Below are positions 1 to 10,434 of a stretch of DNA of 64,000 nt, piece by piece. The notes below the pieces were generated by a model. The model worked only from the letters and a program-made list of their open reading frames with translations, ran no database searches and was not told the DNA's origin. The DNA comes from Candidatus Marinacidobacterales bacterium (GTDB lineage Bacteria > Acidobacteriota > Vicinamibacteria > Marinacidobacterales > SMYC01): NCBI GenBank assembly GCA_965237955.1, contig OZ250169.1:2048001-2112000 (forward strand), read 5' to 3'. Position numbers and translations under genes: made by a program. The stretch's first letter is position 1. Every line of letters starts with the position of its first letter.

Positions 1-897
1 TTCGTCTTGTACGATACGGTCACCACGTTCTCGCTCGCCGCGCTCAACGTCACCCGGAACGTGGCCGTGTCTCCCTCTACCACTGCGGCGTCGCCGACGG
101 ACAGGGTCGGGAGGCTACCGCCCCCGCCGTCGTCGTTATCCCTGATCGTTCCCTCCCCGGTGTGGTCGTCCAGCGTGGCCCCGTCCGGGTTGCGCAGGGT
201 CACCATGAAGCGTTCGTCCGACTCCTGGGCGTCGTCATCCACCGTCGACACCGAGATCGTCTTCGTTGGTTGCCCCGCTGTGAAAGTCAGCGTCCCCGAT
301 GTCTCTGTGTAGTCCGAGCCCGCCTTGGCCGTCCCGTCCGCCGTCTCGAAGTTCACCGTCACCGGCTCGGTGCTGGCCGGTGTCAACGTCACGACGAACT
401 CGGCCGTACCCCCTTCGGCCACCGCCGCGTCCGCGATGGACAGGGTGGGCAGGCTGCTGCCCCGGTCATCGTCGTCGTCGATGACCCGCACCGTCACCGG
501 GCTCTCACCCTTCACCGGGCAATCGGCATTCTCATCCCAAACGTCGTGGGTGAAGGTCACCGACCCATCCAATCCATCTTCGTCCTGAAGCGCCGTTACC
601 CTGACCTCCCGCCAAGTGTCCCAGTTGTCCCGATTGAACTCCCAGCCGACCGACGGCACCCAACTGATTCCTCTATAGTGGCCGGCGTCGCGTATCGAGC
701 CGTTGACGCGCAGCACGACCCACCATCCGTCGGCGAGGGGTGGCTCAGTCAGTCTCAGGCGGTAGGTGAGAGATTCGCCCTCGTCGATGCTCAGCGTGGT
801 CGGCGACACCTCCACTCCCCAGGTGGTCTGGGCGTGTACCCGCGGCGCCGCGATGCCGGACAGCAGCGCCGACAGCGTGACGGCGAAGGCGACTAGA
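1..897 (-). CDS. Secreted Calx-beta repeat protein (runs off the window; start codon replaced by an IS5 end)
   Basis: Minus strand reads RLVAFAVTLSALLSGIAAPRVHAQ (signal peptide) then Calx-beta motifs (VTVNFETADGTAKAGSDYTETSGTLTF...TISVSTVDDDAQESDERFMVTL). It abuts the IS5 terminal repeat at 898. Confidence 0.8.
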
Positions 898-1051
898 CGC
901 TGCCTTGGTGCACAACTCCGATAGAGGCCGAGAGCTCGCTTGGCCCCGACTCCCATCATCCGATCATCTCGCTATCAGGCATCCCGAGCGCCGTCATGGT
1001 GTTGAGAATCTTGCACCCGATCCTTGCCTCGACTCTCTGTGCCGCCAACCC
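898..1051 (-). mobile_element. Right-end remnant of the IS5-family element found intact at 33884-34976
   Basis: Near-identical reverse complement of 34823-34976, including the TIR cgctgccttggtgcacaactc. Cut off by a B-type end at 1052. Confidence 0.9.
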
Positions 1052-1085
1052 CGTCGTGTCCAAAAACACAAACGAACTCAAGACC
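1052..1085 (+). repeat. Transposon-end family B, copy 1
   Basis: cgtcgtgtccaaaaacacaaacgaactcaagac; also at 5402, 10435, 14384 (rc) and 25098. Confidence 0.9.
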
Positions 1086-1116
1086 CGCCTGGGCTGCAAC
1101 AAGCAGGTGCAGATGG

Positions 1117-1674
1117 CTAAACAGCCTGGAGGGAATAAGTGGCCAGCCCGATGGCCGCCACATGGTCGTTGCCCCCAACGACCTCGAGCCGGCAGGTGGC
1201 GAGCGTGCGTCCCTTGCGGACGACCTCTCCGACGGCGAGCAGGTCTTCCTGGACTCCCGCCAGCAAGCTCATCTTGAACTCCACCGTCTTGACCGTGGAG
1301 CCCGGCGAGACCGAACCCACCGCGAAGTTACCCGCCGTGTCCGCCAGCAGACCGATGAGACCCCCGTGGATGACGCCATGCCTTTCTTCGAACTCGGCCC
1401 GAAACGGCAACCGCACGCGCGCCACGCCGTTCTCGCAATAGCTGAGTGTCATGCCCAGGTAGCGGCTGATCGGAGCCGCCTCGAAGAGTTGTTTGAGTTT
1501 TTCGAGATGCGCGGAACGTTCCGTCGTTTCACCCACCCGCTGGTGGCGGACACCTTCGGGCAGAGGAACCGGCACCGGCTTGGGTTCATTGCGGGGAGCC
1601 GAAGGAGGCCGTGCAGCGGCTTTCTTGCTAGCAGGCCTCGAAAGGATGTCTCTCTTCCTTGGTCCTTCTTTCAT
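1117..1674 (-). CDS. PaaI-family (hotdog fold) thioesterase, copy 1
   Basis: HGVIHGGLIGLLADTAG and TVEFKMSLL...GEVVRKGRTLATC motifs. The true start may be downstream of 1674. Confidence 0.85.
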   Translation of the reverse strand: MKEGPRKRDILSRPASKKAAARPPSAPRNEPKPVPVPLPEGVRHQRVGETTERSAHLEKLKQLFEAAPISRYLGMTLSYCENGVARVRLPFRAEFEERHGVIHGGLIGLLADTAGNFAVGSVSPGSTVKTVEFKMSLLAGVQEDLLAVGEVVRKGRTLATCRLEVVGGNDHVAAIGLATYSLQAV

Positions 1675-1819
1675 ATCGAGACACGCTCCACGATGTTGCG
1701 AGTGACGTGCTGTCTACGCCGGTCATAGATCTGTGTGGCCCGAGGGGTTGGAGTGTCCGGCCAGATACTGCACGTCCTCCAGGGGCACGTCCTGGCTGAG
1801 TATATCCGTGATCTCCATC

Positions 1820-1845
1820 ACGCGGATGAATAAATAGAAGGCACA
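1820..1845 (-). repeat. Transposon-end family D, copy 1
   Basis: cgcggatgaataaatagaaggcaca; also ends at 4792, 5679, 6996 and 10800. Confidence 0.9.
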
Positions 1846-1871
1846 ACCTGGGAAAGTATAATTGAGGTGGC

Positions 1872-1976
1872 ATGGAGAAGCTCACGCTGGCCCTGGCGTA
1901 CATGTTCGCCGTCGCCCTACCCGCAGCGGCGTCGGTTCAGCAACAGGAACGAGAGGACGATCCCGAGGCGCGCTCC
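1872..1976 (+). pseudogene. 5' fragment of a secreted protein, cut by an A end
   Basis: RBS gaggtg plus MEKLTLALAYMFAVALPAAASVQQQ (signal-peptide-like), ending exactly at the A1 terminus. Confidence 0.55.
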
Positions 1977-2086
1977 CGTTCTGTGCCAAAACTCGGCCTT
2001 TTTGAAATAGACCATCAATCAGCAGCTTAGTGTTTGTGTTTGCGACCGGGCCAAGGGCCGTGGGCTTTACAATCGTATGGCTCGAG
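1977..2086 (+). repeat. Transposon-end family A, copy 1
   Basis: cgttctgtgccaaaactcggcctttttgaaatagacc... matches 16396-16505. Confidence 0.9.
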
Positions 2087-2334
2087 TCACCCGCTGATCA
2101 TGGAGCGTGTTTCTGTTCAGGTGTTGATCCCGGATCGCAAGCAGCGCGGCACCGAGAAAGACACCTACGACCATGACTCTGCCCAAAGGGGGGCGCGCCC
2201 AGAGGTAGGTCAAGAACAACCCTCCCAACAAACAGGCGAGCGAGAACGACTTCCGCTCGACCCGGTAGCCCATTGCTTTGGCAATGACGGCGTCGTCGCG
2301 TAAGGCGGCATCATCGCGACCAGCCGCGCTGCTG

Positions 2335-2821
2335 ATTCTGGGCCTCTCGGGTGGCTTCTTTTCCGACGCCGCACGGCCGGTCAGCAGCCCACTCCCCCCT
2401 TTGGCGCAAACGTGGCACTCGAAAATCGGGATTAGAGACGAATCCCGAAAATGAGGCCCGTTCCGCCCTTCTAGCGCGTCTCTGGTGCCACCTACCCCTG
2501 CAAAACCCCGCCAACCGCGCGGAAAACCTCACCCGTCTCTGCAGGACCGCAATTGGCCGGACTGGGTGGCGGATGGTGCAGGTTGGAGCTATCCGGTCTC
2601 GGCAAAAGGCGGTCCAGCTTTTAGCGGAAATCCTCAAATAGAAAAGTAAGTGGAGATTCAGGAGGTTTCGAGTTTCGCGCATTTCTTGACTTTTTTGACG
2701 CGTACGAACAGGTTTTGCGAGAAGGCTGTTTTACGCCCTCTCGGGTTTCAACCATGATGCCAATTTCGTTACATCCTCTTCCCCTACAGTGATTTAACGG
2801 CCTCCGTCACGTGCTGGTCCC
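2335..2821 (+). repeat. Internal/distal part of family B (apparently non-coding)
   Basis: Strong similarity to 27543-27966, with a diverged middle section. Both share the end motif cacgtgctggtcccc. Confidence 0.8.
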
Positions 2822-2985
2822 CGTCCTGTGCCAAAACTCGGCCCTCTTGAAATAGCCGATAAATCAGCAGCTTAGCGTCTGTGTTTTGCGATGGTGCCAA
2901 GGGCCGTGGCCTTTACAATCGTCTGGCCCGAGGGTGTTATCTTCGGATCCATCATGACGTACCATGTGCAATTCCTACTGTTGGT
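2822..2985 (+). repeat. Family A, copy 2, including the first codons of the rve gene ([11 protein letters not shown])
   Basis: Matches 16396-16560. Confidence 0.9.
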
Positions 2986-3036
2986 CAGCCAGCCGTTGTT
3001 CGATCGGGCAGCCCTGCCGCTCACACAGACCTCATG

Positions 3037-3102
3037 GGTGCTTCCGCCATTAAGTGTTGGCAAAATGACACTAAGACTTTACAGTGCATTAAATTACAGC
3101 CA
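3037..3102 (+). repeat. 66-bp AT-rich repeat (family F)
   Basis: Inverted, diverged copy at 18553-18618. Confidence 0.75.
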
Positions 3103-3138
3103 TGGTCTTTCAAAAGGGCCGAGTTTTGGCACAGGACG
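3102..3138 (-). repeat. Family A, copy 3
   Basis: atggtctttcaaaagggccgagttttggcacaggacg. Confidence 0.9.
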
Positions 3139-4073
3139 AGGGAATCTACTACTGCTCGATCCGCACGATGTATCGGATTCTGGCGGAGAACGGAGAGGTC
3201 CGAGAGCGCCGGAACCAGCTGCGACATCCGAATTATCAAAAGCCGGAGCTGCTGGCCGAAGCGCCGAACCAGGTTTGGTCGTGGGATATCACCAAGCTGC
3301 GTGGCCCCGTCAAGTGGACCTACTACTACCTCTACGTGATTCTGGACATCTTCTCCCGTTACGTGACCGGGTGGATGTTGGCTCGACGAGAAAGCGCTGA
3401 GCTCGCTCGTCGTCTCATCAGCGAGAGCTGCCGCAAACAGAACATTGAACCAGACCAGCTCACCATCCACGCCGACCGTGGCAGCTCGATGCGAAGCAAG
3501 TCCGTAGCTATGCTCCTGGCTGACCTCGGCGTTACCAAGACCCACTCCAGACCTTACGTCTCGAACGATAACCCCTACTCCGAGTCCCAGTTCAAGACTC
3601 TGAAGTATTGCCCTCAGTTTCCGAGCCGTTTTGGTTCCATCGAAGACGGCCGGCTGTTCTGCGGCGGCTTCCTCGACTACTACAATCACGAACGCCGGCA
3701 CTCGGGAATCGGCCTCATGACACCGGCCGCCGTTCACGATGGTCTCGCGGAACAGCTCACCACTGCCCGGCGCCAAATCCTCCTCGAAGCTCATCGGGCT
3801 CATCCCGAACGCTTCGTTCGCGGAATGCCACAGCCCCCCGTTTTGCCTCCTCAGGCCTGGATCAACCCGCCGCCGGAGAAAACGACGCGCCAGGAGGCCG
3901 CCGGAGCCACTTTCTCGAGGTGGTCCACACCTGGGGACCCCCGGATTCAGGCCAACGCGACCAGATCTCGCCGCACGCAGACGGTGACCGCCCCGGGCCC
4001 ACGAGTCTTACTGCATTGATTGAGGCTCACTAAATGCAGTCCGCGGGTGTCTCAAAGTTGTTGACACGTTCCG
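3139..4073 (+). mobile_element. IS3-family remnant (5'-truncated OrfB, stop at 4019, plus right end)
   Basis: VWSWDITKLRGP, IHADRGSSM and SNDNPYSESQFKTLKY DDE motifs. Probable right end tgtctcaaagttgttgacacgttccg. Confidence 0.85.
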
Positions 4074-4621
4074 TGGAGGGAATAAGTGGCCAGCCCGATG
4101 GCCGCCACATGGTCGTTGCCCCCAACGACCTCGAGCCGGCAGGTGGCGAGCGTGCGTCCCTTGCGGACGACCTCTCCGATGGCGAGCAGGTCTTCCTGGA
4201 CTCCCGCCAGCAAGCTCATCTTGAACTCCACCGTCTTGACCGTGGAGCCCGGCGAGACCGAACCCACCGCGAAGTTACCCGCCGTGTCCGCCAGCAGACC
4301 GATGAGACCCCCGTGGATGACGCCATGCCTTTCTTCGAACTCGGCCCGAAACGGCAACCGCACGCACGCCACGCCGTTCTCGCAATAGCTGAGTGTCATG
4401 CCCAGGTAGCGGCTGATCGGAGCCGCCTCGAAGAGTTGTTTGAGTTTTTCGAGATGCGCGGAACGTTCCGTCGTTTCACCCACCCGCTGGTGGCGGACAC
4501 CTTCGGGCAGAGGAACCGGCACCGGCTTGGGTTCATTGCGGGGAGCCGAACGAGGCCGTGCAGCGGCTTTCTTGCTAGCAGGCCTCGAAAGGATGTCTCT
4601 CTTCCTTGGTCCTTCTTTCAT
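4074..4621 (-). CDS. PaaI-family thioesterase, copy 2 (last codons replaced by the IS3 end; ORF stop at 4052)
   Basis: Part of the 719-bp duplication 4074-4792 = 1127-1845, with a few substitutions. Confidence 0.85.
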
Positions 4622-4766
4622 ATCGAGACACGCTCCACGATGTTGCGAGTGACGTGCTGTCTACGCCGGTCATAGATCTGTGTGGCCCGAGGGGTTGGAG
4701 TGTCCGGCCAGATACTGCACGTCCTCCAGGGGCACGCTCTGGCTGAGTATATCCGTGATCTCCATC

Positions 4767-4850
4767 ACGCGGATGAATAAATAGAAGGCACAGCGTCTAA
4801 GCTGCTGATTTGTGGTCTATTTCAAAAGGGCCGAGTTTTGGCATAGGACG
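4767..4850 (-). repeat. Family D copy 2 (to 4792) fused to family A copy 4 (4793-4850, A' subtype)
   Basis: ...agaaggcaca|gcgtctaagctgctgatttgtggtctatttcaaaagggccgagttttggcataggacg. Confidence 0.9.
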
Positions 4851-5292
4851 AGATCGCGGTCAGCGTCAGCGCGGCGCCGGAGCGGCCCGCGACCGCCGCA
4901 CCGAGCAGCACCAGCGCCCACCCGATCAACTGGGGATTGCGGCTGTACGCGTACGGGCCGGTCGTGATCAGCCGGTCGGTTTTCATACCCCAGTTGCACC
5001 GCAGCGAGTGAAACTCGCGCCGGGCCGCGTTGTACCCGACCAGGCCCAGCACCAGCAACGCGCCGCCGAACGGGTAGGCCAGCCCGCGCGGAAGCGGAAG
5101 CAGCCAGGCCGACCACCACGACGCCAGCAGCGAACAGACGCTCGGCCCAAGGTAGGCGACAAAGGCGGCGATGACCGTCGGCACGGTGACCCGGCCCGAT
5201 CGCGCGCGTTCCACGTGGGCGCGTCTCAGCGCGATGAAACCGCCGACGGCAAGAGAGGCGGCGCCGACCGCCACCAGAATCAGACCTCGCAT
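4851..5292 (-). pseudogene. ICMT/phospholipid methyltransferase-family membrane protein, 3'-truncated by the A4 end
   Basis: LITTGPYAYSRNPQLIG motif with flanking TM segments. The C-terminal EE..L motif is missing. Confidence 0.8.
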
Positions 5293-5401
5293 CGCGCGTT
5301 CAGTATCAGTCCTCGCGTTCAGGTCGGGTTGTGCGTCGTCCGGTTTTCGCGGCGTTGCACACATCAGCGCGCAACGGCCGGCGTAGTCCTGTCGCTCTTC
5401 G

Positions 5402-5679
5402 CGTCGTGTCCAAGAATACAAACGAACTCAAGACAGGCGCGCCTGGACCCCGTCGTGTCTGAAAACGCGAAGGGAGCCGGAAGCGGCTACCAGCAGATGT
5501 CGGACTAAACCCTGAATCTCCAGACGCGCGAAGAGCGACTTTCCCGAGAGCTAGCTCGGGCCGAGCCTTGAGGGCTGCGATGAGAGCGCGAACAAACGAC
5601 GAAATCCATGCAGGCATGATGCCGGCAGACTGGAGACTAATCCAGTTCGATGCGCGCGGATGAATAAATAGAAGGCACA
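5402..5679. mobile_element. Nested end cluster: B2 (5402-5450), C1 (5451-5490), D3 (about 5527-5679, with the N-terminus of a second rve gene on the minus strand)
   Basis: B and C termini as elsewhere. Minus-strand MPAWISSFVRALIAALKARPELALGKVALR resembles the L.LEN.ALR N-terminus of rve transposases. Confidence 0.75.
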
Positions 5680-5831
5680 GGACACCACTACGCGGGACGC
5701 GGCGGTGGTCGAGGCGCTACAAACCGTAGTCGCGGCCAATCCAAAGATTCCGGGAATTTACTGATGGACAATCACTTCATCCAGGGAGCGGATTGGTCAA
5801 GCAGGTCAATCGTGAGAATATTGGATCGAGC

Positions 5832-6479
5832 ATGAAGAAACGTTCCCTCCGATACGCTGGCGACAAGGCCGTTCGCGCTGTATTGGAGCGTTATGCGTGT
5901 CCGACGTCATTCCATGTCGTCCGCACACGACTCCTCGGCAACATCGCGACGCCCAAGCTCGACGCATCGCCCCTCCGGGCTATAGAGAGCTGTTGGGAAG
6001 GTGAGCTGCCGGAGTTCGACAATGTCGGCGCAGCCAATGAGCTATTCGAGTCCCTGATGGGGCTTTGGAACGAACTGGCAAGGCATCAATCAGCAACCAA
6101 GCCGTTCCGTTTGACGCGGATGGAGGCTAAGCCGGATACGGATGACATTCGCCGTCTGTGCCGGACCCGCACCGAGGAGCTTGAAGGCTTCATCGACGGA
6201 CTGTTCGGTGACGCGGAGCTCATGGATCTGCCCGAGTGGGCCAACGAGGCTCTGGACAACCTCGGCCAAGTCCATACCAAGACCCGCGGTATCATCGATC
6301 TCCTGGAGAGAGAGTCGGCGTTACCGGCGTCAGAGGGGGACCTGAGGGGAATTCTCAAGGAGGTTGGGGAGCTCTCACACATCGCAGAGAAAGAACTGCA
6401 CGCGGTGATGCTTGCCTGCAAGCGCGCCCGCCAACAGACCCTTTCCACTATCGCCGTGGGCAAGCCCACCATCCATTGA
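5832..6479 (+). CDS. Conserved hypothetical protein (possibly UPF0149/YecA-like helical fold)
   Basis: 215-aa ORF with normal composition, ending ...KPTIH. The family assignment is tentative. Confidence 0.65.
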   Translation: MKKRSLRYAGDKAVRAVLERYACPTSFHVVRTRLLGNIATPKLDASPLRAIESCWEGELPEFDNVGAANELFESLMGLWNELARHQSATKPFRLTRMEAKPDTDDIRRLCRTRTEELEGFIDGLFGDAELMDLPEWANEALDNLGQVHTKTRGIIDLLERESALPASEGDLRGILKEVGELSHIAEKELHAVMLACKRARQQTLSTIAVGKPTIH

Positions 6480-6723
6480 AGGGAAGTGTCACGAGCAGCC
6501 GGAAGTAGTTCTCACCGAGGCGATGTTCCGGAAGCGGCGTCGCTCCGATGCCGATTGATGCGGCTCGTGGCCGTCGAAACTGCTGCTAGGAGGGCTTGCG
6601 ATGTCGTAAGCGATGGGGTGGCTTGCTCCGTTATTACCACCGCGCCGCCGCATAGGAGTTCGGGCGCTCAAGCTGGACGGAACGGATGGTTTGGAGGAGA
6701 GCTTTGCTCGGGAGCGCCTATCG

Positions 6724-6816
6724 CAGATCCAGTGCCGCGTCGGCTGGTCTCCGCGAATTTCGAGAACGCCTCCAGGATTCGAGCTTTCGACTCCGTTCGC
6801 ATTTTCGGACACGACG
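6724..6816 (-). repeat. Transposon-end family C, copy 2
   Basis: Reverse complement matches 16252-16345 (cgtcgtgtccgaaaa.gcgaacggag...). Confidence 0.85.
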
Positions 6817-6879
6817 GGGTCAGCAGTTTGCACCTTCCCAAAGGCCGCTTGAATCCGCCATCGCGGTCGGATACGTATT

Positions 6880-6996
6880 CCAGTTCAGCGGGCGGGTTGC
6901 TACGTTTCTACCATCGGGAAGCCGCATGAGTATTTTACCTCACGAGACCGGAAACTAATCAAGTTCGGTGCGCGCGGATGAATAAATAGAAGGCGC
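6880..6996. mobile_element. 3' tip of an rve gene (GGLLRFYHREAA*) with putative right end (to 6944), abutting family D copy 4 (6945-6996)
   Basis: Same C-terminal motif as 13433 (GGLLRYYYRGAA) and 17615 ([10 protein letters not shown]). Confidence 0.7.
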
Positions 6997-7606
6997 CCCT
7001 GGCACTACTGCCAGACATCATGATCCAATCCGGCCTCGCTGCAAAGCGGAAACCGAGCCTGCACGGTTCTGGCTGTTCTAATTCCAGCGTAAGACGACGC
7101 AAAGCAGGCCCGGTAATCCCGATGGCTACTGCTTCTTCTTTTTTCTGCGCGTCCCCAGGGTAAGCCGTATCCGCTTTCCGAGCCCAAGTTCCGCACGCAG
7201 TTGGTCGCTACGGATCAACACGAACGACAAGGCGACAGCAAGGCACAATACCGCCAGAGTGGGAATAGCATCCATGTCGCATTCCTTCGTCAGTTCTTCT
7301 TCGTTGAAGACAGTTTTGGCCTCGACACCCTCTGAAGGGTATCCGCGAACTCACGCGCAGCCTCGATCTTACCCCGGACTATCTCGGTGGTTTCTCGTGC
7401 CTGCTTGGTGAGTTCGTCCAGAAGGTTCGGAAGAACTCGGGTCGCGGCGACTCTCAAGAGGCGCGCGGATTCGTTAAAGGCCCAACTGGCGAGTCTGAAC
7501 GTGTTCGGGTAACTCGTAGTCACCCGATCCACTTCGGATTGCAAGCCCGTCTGGTCAAAATACTCGAACGCCCAGCGGGTCAGCAGTTTGCACCTTTCCA
7601 AAGGCC

Positions 7607-7695
7607 GCCTACCGCCCTTGGCCCGGTCGCAAACACAGACACTACGCTGCTGATTTATGGTCTATTTCAAAAGGGCCGAGTTTTGGCACAGGACG
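7607..7695 (-). repeat. Family A, copy 5
   Basis: Reverse complement match to 16396-16485. Confidence 0.9.
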
Positions 7696-7883
7696 GGGTG
7701 CTTGCCGGCCACGGGGATCGTATTCGACTGTCGCACGACCGCACGCGCGAGAGCTTGCTGGCGCTGACCCGTCAGTACTCTCGCGTGTGAATCATCGCCC
7801 GCTCGCCGCACTCGCTACCGAGCATGAATCTGTTCGTGCACGCAACGTAGCAACCCGCCAAGCCGTTCACGGGAGCGCACCAT

Positions 7884-7942
7884 AGACACTAAGCTTTTGA
7901 TTTATGGTCTATTTCAAAAGGGCCGAGTTTTGGCGCAGGACG
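7884..7942 (-). repeat. Family A, copy 6
   Basis: agacactaagcttttgatttatggtctatttcaaaagggccgagttttggcgcaggacg. Confidence 0.9.
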
Positions 7943-8060
7943 GGTTCGCAGCGGCGTAGAATACCTCGTGTTGTCTAGTTCGTGTGCCTCGCAGTGCGGC
8001 TACAATGTCTCGACTGCGCCGGACTAACCGGGACTGCCGCTACAGAAAGGAGAATTGAGC

Positions 8061-9296
8061 ATGTCTAACCGCTCCAGATACGGTCAGACAGTCTACCTTC
8101 CAAAACTTAAGGGAAGCCGCGCGGTTCCGTTGCACCGGCGTCGACTGGAGATCGGGTCCGGCGGTAACGGGTATGACGAGGATTGGCTTCAACGGCTTCT
8201 GTTCGAGACGCCTGAAATCCTCCCAATCGGAGAAATCGATCCTGCGTTCGCTCCTGCCACACCGCTTTGTCGCGAGTTGCCAACCGCGGCCGGGCCGATC
8301 GACCTCGCCTACATGAGCGAGGAGGGTCGATTGTCCATCGTTGAGTGCAAGCTGTGGCGTAACCCCGAGGCACGGCGCGGTGCTGTCTCCCAGATCCTCG
8401 ACTACGCGAAGGAGATCAGTCGCTGGTCGTACGATGAGCTGAACGATGCCGTTTGCCGGGCTGCAAGACGTTCCGGAAACACCAACGCGTTGTTCGATAT
8501 CGTGCGGGCGCAGCACGATACGCTTGACGAAGCGACCTTCGTGGACGACGTCGCGCGTAGCCTTACCAGCGGCCGCTTTCTCCTGATCGTGGTGGGCGAC
8601 GGCATACGCGAAGGGGTTGAACGCATCGCGGATTATCTCAACCAGTCCGCCGGCATTCGAATCACGTTCGGGCTCGTGGAGTTGGCCATCTTCGACATGC
8701 CGGAGGGCTCGGCGGGCGGGGTTATCGTAGAGCCGAGGGTACTCGCCAAGACGATCGAAATCGAACGTGCTGTCGTGCGACGGGCCGACGCGGAGGTCGT
8801 GGTGGAAGACCCGCCACCAGCGTCAGGTGGTGTAAGAGTCAGGACGCAGATCACGGAGAAGGAGTTCTACGAACAGATCGAACAGGTCGATCCGGCACTA
8901 CCGTTGCGCGTGCGGGCATTCTTCCAGAGCTACGAGGCCCAGGGCGACGATTTCGAAGTCACCTTGTCACGCGCCTCGTACATCTTGAACTGGCATCGGA
9001 GCGATGGAAGCAAGGTTAACTTCGGCACGTTGTTTCCGAATGGAGATCTCGACACGAACTACGTGGTCTATTACGCGGAGCAATGCGGCGATCCGCAAGT
9101 AGGGGTGGATTACCTTGAGGCCGTGGCCCGGCTCCTTCCCGGAGCAACCGTGAAAAAGGACGGCAACTATTGGTCATGGCGCGTAGTCGTCGACGGGAGA
9201 AAGCCGAAGGTCGGCGATCTACTCGAACACTCCAATGAATGGCTGACCGCGATAGGCCAGGCGGTAATAGCCTTCAATCGGCTCGACGAGGACTAA
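8061..9296 (+). CDS. PD-(D/E)xK nuclease-domain protein (NucS/DUF91-like N-terminus)
   Basis: EDWLQRLL, GPIDLAY, IVECKL and AVSQILDYA motifs; RBS aaaggag. Confidence 0.75.
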   Translation: MSNRSRYGQTVYLPKLKGSRAVPLHRRRLEIGSGGNGYDEDWLQRLLFETPEILPIGEIDPAFAPATPLCRELPTAAGPIDLAYMSEEGRLSIVECKLWRNPEARRGAVSQILDYAKEISRWSYDELNDAVCRAARRSGNTNALFDIVRAQHDTLDEATFVDDVARSLTSGRFLLIVVGDGIREGVERIADYLNQSAGIRITFGLVELAIFDMPEGSAGGVIVEPRVLAKTIEIERAVVRRADAEVVVEDPPPASGGVRVRTQITEKEFYEQIEQVDPALPLRVRAFFQSYEAQGDDFEVTLSRASYILNWHRSDGSKVNFGTLFPNGDLDTNYVVYYAEQCGDPQVGVDYLEAVARLLPGATVKKDGNYWSWRVVVDGRKPKVGDLLEHSNEWLTAIGQAVIAFNRLDED

Positions 9297-9581
9297 ACAT
9301 CTCGTTCGGCGTGTTCTGTGGACAGATTACGCGGCGGCCTGAATTGTGAACCGTACCGGGTTTGCGAGATGGGCGTCACTTCTGACCGTTTCAACATAGT
9401 CGACCGTGTTGAAGCCGCTTCGCAGGCGGAGCACGACGCAGCGGGACGCTGTTTTGCGCGCGCTTGAGTTTCAATCTGCTCCCCAGACGGCAACCTCAAT
9501 TGATCTGCCCCCACCAACGAGACCATCTACTAAGAGCGGCCTGACGAACGTCTAGTGGCTGGTGTGGCGGAGAAAGAACCG

Positions 9582-10367
9582 ATGCGGGTCGTGAGCTGGA
9601 ACGTAAATGGGATTCGCGCTTGCGTGCGGCGCGGGTTCGTGGACTTTTTGGACCGGTCTGGAGCCGACATCCTCGGCGTCCAAGAGGTCCGCGCGCTGCC
9701 CGAGGAGATCCCTCTCGCCGCACGGAGGCCGACCGACTGGCACGCCGTGTTCGCGGTAGCCGAGCGCCGGGGATACAGTGGTGTCGGAATCTACTCGAAG
9801 TTCCAGCCCGTTCTAGTGGAGACCTCCCTCGGAGAGCCTCGGTTCGATATTGAGGGCCGGTTCATCGCTGCTCACTTCCGGACCGATCGCGGGCGGTTCG
9901 CGGTTGTAAACGGCTATTTTCCCAAGGGAAGCGGGAAGGACCGGGACAACAGCCGGGTCGGCTACAAACTCGACTTCTATCGGGCTGTGTTCGACCGGGC
10001 GCAGCAACTGCGGCGCCGATGTCCAGTGCTCGTGATCGGGGATTTCAATACCGCGCACCGCGAGATCGACCTCGCTCGCCCGAAATCCAATGTCAAGAAC
10101 AGCGGGTTCCTCCCCGAGGAGCGGGTCGAGCTCGACCGCTGGCTCGAAGCGGGCTGGGTGGACACCTTTCGCGCCCTGCATCCCGACCAGCCGGACCATT
10201 ACACTTGGTGGCGGCAGTGGGGCGGCGCGCGCGAGCGGAACGTCGGGTGGCGCATCGACTACGTCCTCGCGTCGCCGAGCGCGATGGAACGATTGAAGGA
10301 CGCCTTCATCTGGCCCAACGAGCGGGGCTCCGACCACTGCCCGGTAGGTGTCGACATCGACCTCTAG
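9582..10367 (+). CDS. xth: Exodeoxyribonuclease III / AP endonuclease
   Basis: SWNVNGIRA, QEVR, GYSGV, GDFNTAH, GWRIDY and GSDHCP motifs. Confidence 0.95.
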   Translation: MRVVSWNVNGIRACVRRGFVDFLDRSGADILGVQEVRALPEEIPLAARRPTDWHAVFAVAERRGYSGVGIYSKFQPVLVETSLGEPRFDIEGRFIAAHFRTDRGRFAVVNGYFPKGSGKDRDNSRVGYKLDFYRAVFDRAQQLRRRCPVLVIGDFNTAHREIDLARPKSNVKNSGFLPEERVELDRWLEAGWVDTFRALHPDQPDHYTWWRQWGGARERNVGWRIDYVLASPSAMERLKDAFIWPNERGSDHCPVGVDIDL

Positions 10368-10434
10368 GAAGGCAGTACGGAGAAGCGCGGTAGAGTCGAG
10401 AGCTGGCGCGGTGCTCTGTAGGCGCGGCCTATCT

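Noticed and set aside
2311-2682. Similar ORFs at 2311-2682/2351-2641 and 27509-27902
   Set aside because: The similarity reflects the B DNA repeat. Starts, stops and frames are not conserved and the composition is not protein-like.
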